Positions 58,898 through 64,000 of a stretch of DNA of 64,000 bases are shown one piece after another. The position numbers were made by a program, and so were the translations under genes. Position 1 is the first letter of the stretch. The number at the start of each line of letters is the position of its first letter. The notes beneath the pieces were generated by a model. It was given only the letters and a program-made list of their open reading frames with translations, did no database searches and was not told the DNA's origin. Source of the stretch: a virus (taxonomy: Duplodnaviria; Heunggongvirae; Uroviricota; Caudoviricetes). The stretch spans positions 253,946-317,945 of IMG/VR virus record IMGVR_UViG_3300028898_000252; one strand, 5' to 3'.

Positions 58898-59380
58898 TCA
58901 CTCCGCTAGTGCCGCCTGAATCTCGGAAAGTTTCTTCTCGAAGGTGAAACGAGTTTCGAAACGCTCGCACACTTCGCGCAATTCCTCGAAACCACTCGCG
59001 ATTTGTTCGAGCGAATCGGGGTCAACCTCGTTGGGCGCGGTGCGGTCGACCAGCTTCGCATACTCGGTCAACTCGATTCCGAATTGAGCGCCGCGCCAAT
59101 CTCCGTTAGCGTCGCGGTAGTTGAGCACACGCTTTTCGAGCGCGTACATGATCGCGCCGTCCACATCACCCGCCTTTTGCGCGGTGCGCAGCTCGACCAG
59201 CTTCCGATACGACGCGCGCAGGTTTTCCACACCCGCGACGATCATATCAAACTTCTCGTCGACATTCGCGTTTCGAAACGCCGCCAAGTTTTCGAGCGGC
59301 TTGTGCTTGCACGCGTCGAACGAGCGCGTGGCTTCGAGAAGAGCCGCCTTATCTGCAACAACAACAACGTTCGTTCCCAT
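58898..59380 (-). CDS. cassette hypothetical helical protein
   Basis: Follows an element; start placed at MGTNVV. Confidence 0.65.
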   Translation of the reverse strand: MGTNVVVVADKAALLEATRSFDACKHKPLENLAAFRNANVDEKFDMIVAGVENLRASYRKLVELRTAQKAGDVDGAIMYALEKRVLNYRDANGDWRGAQFGIELTEYAKLVDRTAPNEVDPDSLEQIASGFEELREVCERFETRFTFEKKLSEIQAALAE

Positions 59381-59501
59381 TTTTTTCTTTTGCTCCAATG
59401 TTTGAAAAACCGTTCACTTGCTGTGTGAGCACCGTTGCTCACACTCTCTACTTAGCACAACTCGACAAGGTTTATTTACCTTGCAGGGTTCATGCCAAGC
59501 G

Positions 59502-59582
59502 TGGCACTTCCGCCGAGGGTTGCACTCGGCATAGCTATTGCTTGTTAGCTTTAGCTATCGTGTCCTGGTGACACCGAAAGTG
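59502..59582 (-). ncRNA. aberrant cloverleaf tRNA-like RNA
   Basis: CACTTTC/GGAAGTG followed by CCA; GTGTC-ACCAG-GACAC; ATAGCTA...TAGCTAT; GCCGAG-TGCAACC-CTCGGC. Confidence 0.6.
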
Positions 59583-59612
59583 TTTTGTTCTGCCCCTTTC
59601 GGGGCGAGGGTT

Positions 59613-60236
59613 TCAACCCTCGGCGGTTTCGTCGTCGGTCGCAGCGTCGAGCGCTTCGAGCGCGGGCGAATTGCTCAGGTCGGTTGCAGCCGCGCCAGCA
59701 AACCGCGACGGAGGCGCGGAAAGCGCGACGACACGCGCCGTGCGCGCAGGCTTCGCGGGCTTGGGAGCCTCGGGAGCCTTGGGTTTGATTCCGAGCATCG
59801 CAGCGACCGAGGTTTGCGGCGCGTTGGGATTGATTCGCGCGATTCCCGCGCACTCCATTGCAGCGCGGAAGGTTTCGATCAGTGACAGCGCCTCGATCGC
59901 GCAACCCGCGCTATCGCGCGAGTGGAGCACGAAAACGTTGTCGCGACCGATGACCTCACTGCCGTACACGACCTCGCCGCGAACGATGCGAAGCAACAGC
60001 GTCGAGCCCGCCGTGTCCGAGTTTGGCCCGCCGCGCGCGGCGCGCACGCCTTCGAGCAGCGCGAGCGCCGAGCCGCCTTCGTCATCGGTCAAGCGGAACA
60101 TCACGGGCTCTTGTGGCTCGATCCACAGATCAGACTTCGACGCGTCGCCGCCCTCGCCGCACTGCTCGCGAACGTGCGCAACGAGCGCCGCGAGAACCAT
60201 TCCAGCGACAACCGAACGAACAGAATTCTTGCTCAT
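59613..60236 (-). CDS. cassette hypothetical protein with Pro/Ala-rich tail
   Basis: Follows an element; start placed at MSKNSV. Confidence 0.65.
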   Translation of the reverse strand: MSKNSVRSVVAGMVLAALVAHVREQCGEGGDASKSDLWIEPQEPVMFRLTDDEGGSALALLEGVRAARGGPNSDTAGSTLLLRIVRGEVVYGSEVIGRDNVFVLHSRDSAGCAIEALSLIETFRAAMECAGIARINPNAPQTSVAAMLGIKPKAPEAPKPAKPARTARVVALSAPPSRFAGAAATDLSNSPALEALDAATDDETAEG

Positions 60237-60313
60237 GTTTTTTTCTCTCTTTTCTTTCGTTTTGTGAACTCGCGAGCACCGCAACCGTGCGGTGCATCAT
60301 CTCTTGTGAATCT

Positions 60314-60362
60314 CTCTTAGCACGACTCGGCAAGGTTTATTTACCTTGCACCGTCTGTGCCA
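60314..60362 (-). promoter_or_regulatory. representative element: sigma54 -24/-12 box plus downstream extended -10-like box
   Basis: TGGCACAGACGGTGCA AGGTAAATAA ACCTTGCCGAGTCGTGC TAAGAG; GG-N10-GC spacing. Confidence 0.8.
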
Positions 60363-60532
60363 ACCTAACAACCATCGAAACTCACGTTCGCAGGTTAGGT
60401 GGGATGGTACGAATGTTGTTTGTTCGTGCCGTCCCGTCTACTCTGCAACCGATACCCTGTCATGTGCTCTGTCTAGCACACTCTCGGAAGGTTTATTTAC
60501 CTTTCAAGTATCGTGCCAGGACAGTTTCAGGC

Positions 60533-61054
60533 TCAGTCGTCATCGGCAGCATCGAAAAACTTGCCGATCGCGAGGAATTCACCGCGAGTGCAAGCGGCGT
60601 GCCACTCAGGATTCGAGCCCGTCCCGTTTGGAATCGGGCTGAAATTCAATTTCTGTACCATCGTGCGGCGTGCTTTGAATTCGGCGAATCCTGGGAATTC
60701 AACCGAAGCAAGCACCGCGCCGTTGTTTTTCGACCAGTCGTAAAAGTACCGTTGTTTTCCGACGGCACCGTCGTCGGCCAGTGGGGCAACAACGAGACAG
60801 CTTGTTCCTCGCGCCCCGCGTGAGGAATGATTCCCCAGCAAAATGAATCGCCGCTTGTTGATTCGCACAGTTGAATACTTTGGCGCTGCTTTTGCAGCAA
60901 GCACCGTATCCCGCTGAAACTCGCTGAATTCATCGTAGTCAGGCGAATCCCGCTTGATTCGCCCCTGGCGAGCACCTTCGCCTGCGGTACAGTCAAGGTC
61001 GAGCCTTTCAGGCTCGACAACATTGTCATTGTCATTGTCGTTTTCGTTTGCCAC
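60533..61054 (-). CDS. cassette hypothetical protein
   Basis: AGAGGAG RBS and GTG start (ANENDNDND...). Confidence 0.6.
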   Translation of the reverse strand: MANENDNDNDNVVEPERLDLDCTAGEGARQGRIKRDSPDYDEFSEFQRDTVLAAKAAPKYSTVRINKRRFILLGNHSSRGARGTSCLVVAPLADDGAVGKQRYFYDWSKNNGAVLASVEFPGFAEFKARRTMVQKLNFSPIPNGTGSNPEWHAACTRGEFLAIGKFFDAADDD

Positions 61055-61297
61055 TCGCTGTGCTCCTCTCTGTGAATCTCTCTTAGCACGACCGACCAAG
61101 GTTTATTTACCTTGCAGGGTTTGTGCCAACAACCTTGGTCGTTGGAGTTTCGAGCGAAACGCGGCGATCGTCCGTCCCGCCCTGTGTTCTCTGTCTAGCA
61201 CAACCCAAGGTGCTTTATTTACCTTGCAAGCATCATACCAGGGTTGGGCGTTTGGCGCGGTGCGAGCCTCTATCGACCGCGCGTACACGCGTGCGTA

Positions 61298-61369
61298 GCA
61301 TAAACCATGCCAGGTAAGACTACCTAAAAAAACCGTTGGCATGATACTTGCAAGTGGCATGGTTTATGC
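61298..61369. promoter_or_regulatory. inverted pair of sigma54-like boxes, plus a third box, at the head of the array
   Basis: GCATAAACCATGCCA (61298-61312) and TGGCATGGTTTATGC (61355-61369); TGGCATGATACTTGCA at 61337-61352. Confidence 0.65.
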
Positions 61370-61485
61370 CTTCGCGGGGCAACCCTCAACCGTTACCATA
61401 TATGGCAGTATGAAACACCTAAACATTTAGTGAAATGAAATTTAATGAAACTAGGTATGAATTTTATTTGTACTAAGGTTTAGAG

Positions 61486-61959
61486 TTAAACTTTGTATTT
61501 TATAAAAAGAGTTTCGAGTTTTGTTTTAAGTTCTGGATAATGATAAAGGAAACTTTTATTCTTTTTTGGATCAAGGAGTCTTTCGTAAATTTGTTTGTAT
61601 GAGTTTCTCTCAAGCCACGAGAGATAAGCTGAAATAAACTTATCATCTTCGAGATAGTCAAACAAAGTGACTTCAACCATTTCAAAAAATGTTTCTTTGT
61701 CGAGTTTAATTGTTTTGGAGCATATTAGAGCATAATATGCACAAAGTTTTTTGATAAGAAACTCATCATTTTCAAAATCAAGAACTTGTGGTTTTTGGGC
61801 TTTGGGAGAGGAAGTATTCCAGTTTTGGGAAACAATTATTGTCGATTGTGATTCATGTGCGGTAATTGTGTTATAAGAAGGGTCAAACAAAATGGCACGG
61901 TAATCACAACCTGTAAATGTTTTAACAAAGGTTTTGAGTTCTTTGTTTTCAAGTTTCAT
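61486..61959 (-). CDS. hypothetical protein
   Basis: AAGGAGG RBS before MKLENK. Confidence 0.65.
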   Translation of the reverse strand: MKLENKELKTFVKTFTGCDYRAILFDPSYNTITAHESQSTIIVSQNWNTSSPKAQKPQVLDFENDEFLIKKLCAYYALICSKTIKLDKETFFEMVEVTLFDYLEDDKFISAYLSWLERNSYKQIYERLLDPKKNKSFLYHYPELKTKLETLFIKYKV

Positions 61960-62121
61960 TGTTTTGTTGCCTCCTTTTTTTGATTGTTTTGTTTCAACCC
62001 AAACTCTTATTGTTTTGGGTTGATTTATCTTAGCCGCAAACCTTATAAAAGGTTTGGGATTTAAGCTTTGAATTAATATGATAAACATTTAGTATTTTGA
62101 CCCTCCCCTCCCCTTAAAAGA

Positions 62122-63300
62122 TTAATTCTTTTTAGAGTTAAGCTGCGAAAGGTTTTCTTCAAGGGCTTGGTCAATAACTTGCAAAGTATCTCTAAACTGT
62201 TGAGTAAAACTATCAGTAAGGGCTTTGAATTCTTTCTTGAGATTCACATTATCGTTTTCGGCGGAATACCATTCGATTCTGAATCTATCAATAACTTCTG
62301 AATACTGGGAAAGGAATTCAAGTCCTTCGCAGATTGATTTATCAAACACTTCAATTGGATAGTTTCTCAGGTCGAGGCCGTTTGCCTTGAACAAGTTTTC
62401 GTAGGCAAACTTTGCAAGAAACTTTCCAATGAAGCCGAATTGATCTGTAACCTCTTCTTCGTTGTTTATTTCAATAGAAGGAATATAAACAGTCCATTTA
62501 TCAAGTGGAGAAATAAGAGTTTTGTTATCGTCTCTTGCCGATGATCCTGCGTCGGCGAATCGCATAATAACAAATGGTCCATATTGACCATCCCCAGAAT
62601 AAACTTGATAACCAACCATTCCTTTCGGAAAAGGATTCTTTCCTCGCTTTGCCGCGACAGAATAGTTGATTCCAAGGTTCATGTTTCGATAATCAGACCT
62701 TCTTTTCGATTCTTTCCATTCTGCCTTTTTAATATTGTTTTCAATTTCGATTTGCTGAAGGTGTTTGTTGTACAGATTCATAATCTCTTCATCGGCATCA
62801 ACTTCAACAAAAAGACCATCCTTTTTAAAGGATTTTCCTTTGTAGAAAACAGGAGGCAAATAAACATTACTTGTTTGAATGTGTTCAGCTGCAAACTTTT
62901 TTTCTTCTTTAAGATAGTAGGTGATAACAAGACTGTCATTATTCAAACCATCATAGTAATATGAATTCATTTCAACATTCACAATTGGATTTGATGGGTC
63001 GATAATATATTTCTCTGTGACTGAAATCCAGCCATATTTGTTGACGATTGGTTCTTGTGCCTGAAACATTTCAAGATACTTTTTTTGGATTGCCTCGAAT
63101 TCTTCTTTCTCGTGCAAGTAATACACAGGGGAATTTGAACATGTTTCATAGTTTTTCAATTCCTCTTCGGTCATTTCGTTTCTGCGGCGAACTCTCTTTT
63201 CGACAAGTTCGCTGTAATTCAGTTTTTTTCTCAATTCCTCGTGAGCTTTGTATGCAGGGTTTTCATCCGTTCGGAACACACTCAACGACTTTGCGACCAT
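62122..63300 (-). CDS. hypothetical protein (392 aa) under the outlying element
   Basis: GGGAG RBS; long ORF. Confidence 0.75.
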   Translation of the reverse strand: MVAKSLSVFRTDENPAYKAHEELRKKLNYSELVEKRVRRRNEMTEEELKNYETCSNSPVYYLHEKEEFEAIQKKYLEMFQAQEPIVNKYGWISVTEKYIIDPSNPIVNVEMNSYYYDGLNNDSLVITYYLKEEKKFAAEHIQTSNVYLPPVFYKGKSFKKDGLFVEVDADEEIMNLYNKHLQQIEIENNIKKAEWKESKRRSDYRNMNLGINYSVAAKRGKNPFPKGMVGYQVYSGDGQYGPFVIMRFADAGSSARDDNKTLISPLDKWTVYIPSIEINNEEEVTDQFGFIGKFLAKFAYENLFKANGLDLRNYPIEVFDKSICEGLEFLSQYSEVIDRFRIEWYSAENDNVNLKKEFKALTDSFTQQFRDTLQVIDQALEENLSQLNSKKN

Positions 63301-63386
63301 GTTTTTATTTCTCCCGAGTGAATTGGTTTTTGTTGCCCCGATTATCGCTGCGGTGAGCCTCTATCACTCGCGCGATCACGAGCACA

Positions 63387-63435
63387 CGCATAGCACAATC
63401 CCCCGCGGATTATTTACCTTGCAACGACCGTGCCA
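63387..63435 (-). promoter_or_regulatory. outlying 26th copy of the element, upstream of the 392-aa ORF
   Basis: TGGCACGGTCGTTGCA AGGTAAATAA N17 TATGCG. Confidence 0.8.
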
Positions 63436-63572
63436 GCTACCGAGGGCAAGAGGATTCGACCCCGCAAAGTTTGCAGGTTTCGCGAGCCTTTCAGTGTAAC
63501 GGTTACCCGAAACAAACGATCAAACAAGAAAAACAAAAGTGTAATGAAATTAAATCATATTAATTTCAATAG

Positions 63573-63998
63573 TTAATTGTTTTTAAAAAGATAAGAATTA
63601 AAATTAGAAAGATTTACAGTTTCTTCAAAGTTTTCTTGAAGAGATTTGGTTTGGTTCATTTCATTTTCTATTTCAATTCGAATTCTTTCTTTTGTTTCTA
63701 AGTGGAAACTAGAATTGGCGATAAAAGAATTAATTACCTTGTCTAGAATCTCTGTAACAAACTCTGTTTCACCTTGAATTCTAAACTCTTGAGAAACCTC
63801 ATCAAGAATTTCTCCATATTTTGGAAGCATGTGTTGTTTTAGAATTGGTATGATTCCTGCAATCATAAGTTTGAATAGTATTCTGCCGTTAGAAGAATCA
63901 AGAAAAAGTTTAAGTTTGTTTTCTTTAATTGAGTTTGATACCAACAACTGTACAAATTTTGTTATTTCATTTACTGCAACTCTTTTTGCAACTTCTCT
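63573..63998 (-). CDS. hypothetical protein (5' end outside the window)
   Basis: Frame is open up to the window end. Confidence 0.55.
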   Translation of the reverse strand, partial: REVAKRVAVNEITKFVQLLVSNSIKENKLKLFLDSSNGRILFKLMIAGIIPILKQHMLPKYGEILDEVSQEFRIQGETEFVTEILDKVINSFIANSSFHLETKERIRIEIENEMNQTKSLQENFEETVNLSNFNSYLFKNN

Positions 63999-64000
63999 TG

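Larger units (their letters stand above)
49806..61240 (-). repeat. array of 25 copies of a 49-bp tripartite promoter-like element, each heading a cassette
   Basis: Consensus on the - strand TGGCAY-N7-TG(C/A)A AGGTAAATAA N17 TAAGAN. First base (highest coordinate) at 49854, 50244, 50756, 51000, 51330, 51876, 52486, 52778, 53863, 54128, 54427, 54561, 55378, 55946, 56251, 56699, 57156, 57547, 58034, 58827, 59497, 60362, 60518, 61128, 61240. The 54561 copy lacks the last box. Confidence 0.93.

Noticed and set aside
61021-61040. (GACAAT)n microsatellite
   Set aside because: Only ~3 in-frame units encoding DNDNDN; no evidence of a functional role.
49806-61240. CRISPR array or integron attC array
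   Set aside because: Units range from ~110 to ~1100 bp and contain genes. The repeats are degenerate, non-palindromic and conserved only at promoter-like boxes. No cas1/cas2 or integrase is present in the window.
49497-61298. Plus-strand ORFs in the GC-rich region (e.g. 49497..50294, 60023..60823)
   Set aside because: They are antisense shadows that cross the promoter elements (recurring VYLPC/LFTLQ peptides) and lack an RBS; all signals point to the minus strand.

Overview
This window looks like part of a large (jumbo-type) dsDNA bacteriophage genome using the standard genetic code. Bases 1-48.8 kb are very AT-rich and gene-dense. They hold a recombination/replication block (RecA/UvsX split by a very short N-intein, gp32-like SSB, PolA-type palm protein, Cas4/AddB-like nuclease, Prim-Pol), three glycosyltransferases, an IMPDH/GMP-reductase-family enzyme and a PIN-PhoH with a class-3 intein. 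They also hold a degenerate chaperonin, two peptidoglycan hydrolases, Gly/Ser/Thr-rich virion proteins, a patatin, and a cluster of proteins with a shared N-terminal 'K-x-F-I-F-E' leader (candidate head-packaged proteins, two of them ART-like). After an A-tract/direct-repeat junction (48.8-49.2 kb) the DNA becomes much more GC-rich. From 49.2 to 61.4 kb, with an outlier at 63.4 kb, it is a minus-strand array of about 26 cassettes. Each cassette is headed by the same 49-bp tripartite element: a sigma54-type TGGCAY-N7-TG(C/A)A box, then AGGTAAATAA, a 17-nt spacer, and an extended -10-like TGnTAAGA. The cassettes carry small unknown ORFs, four canonical tRNAs (including Ile-UAU), several non-canonical tRNA-like RNAs and larger structured non-coding stretches. 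All calls come from reading motifs by eye; no database searches were run.
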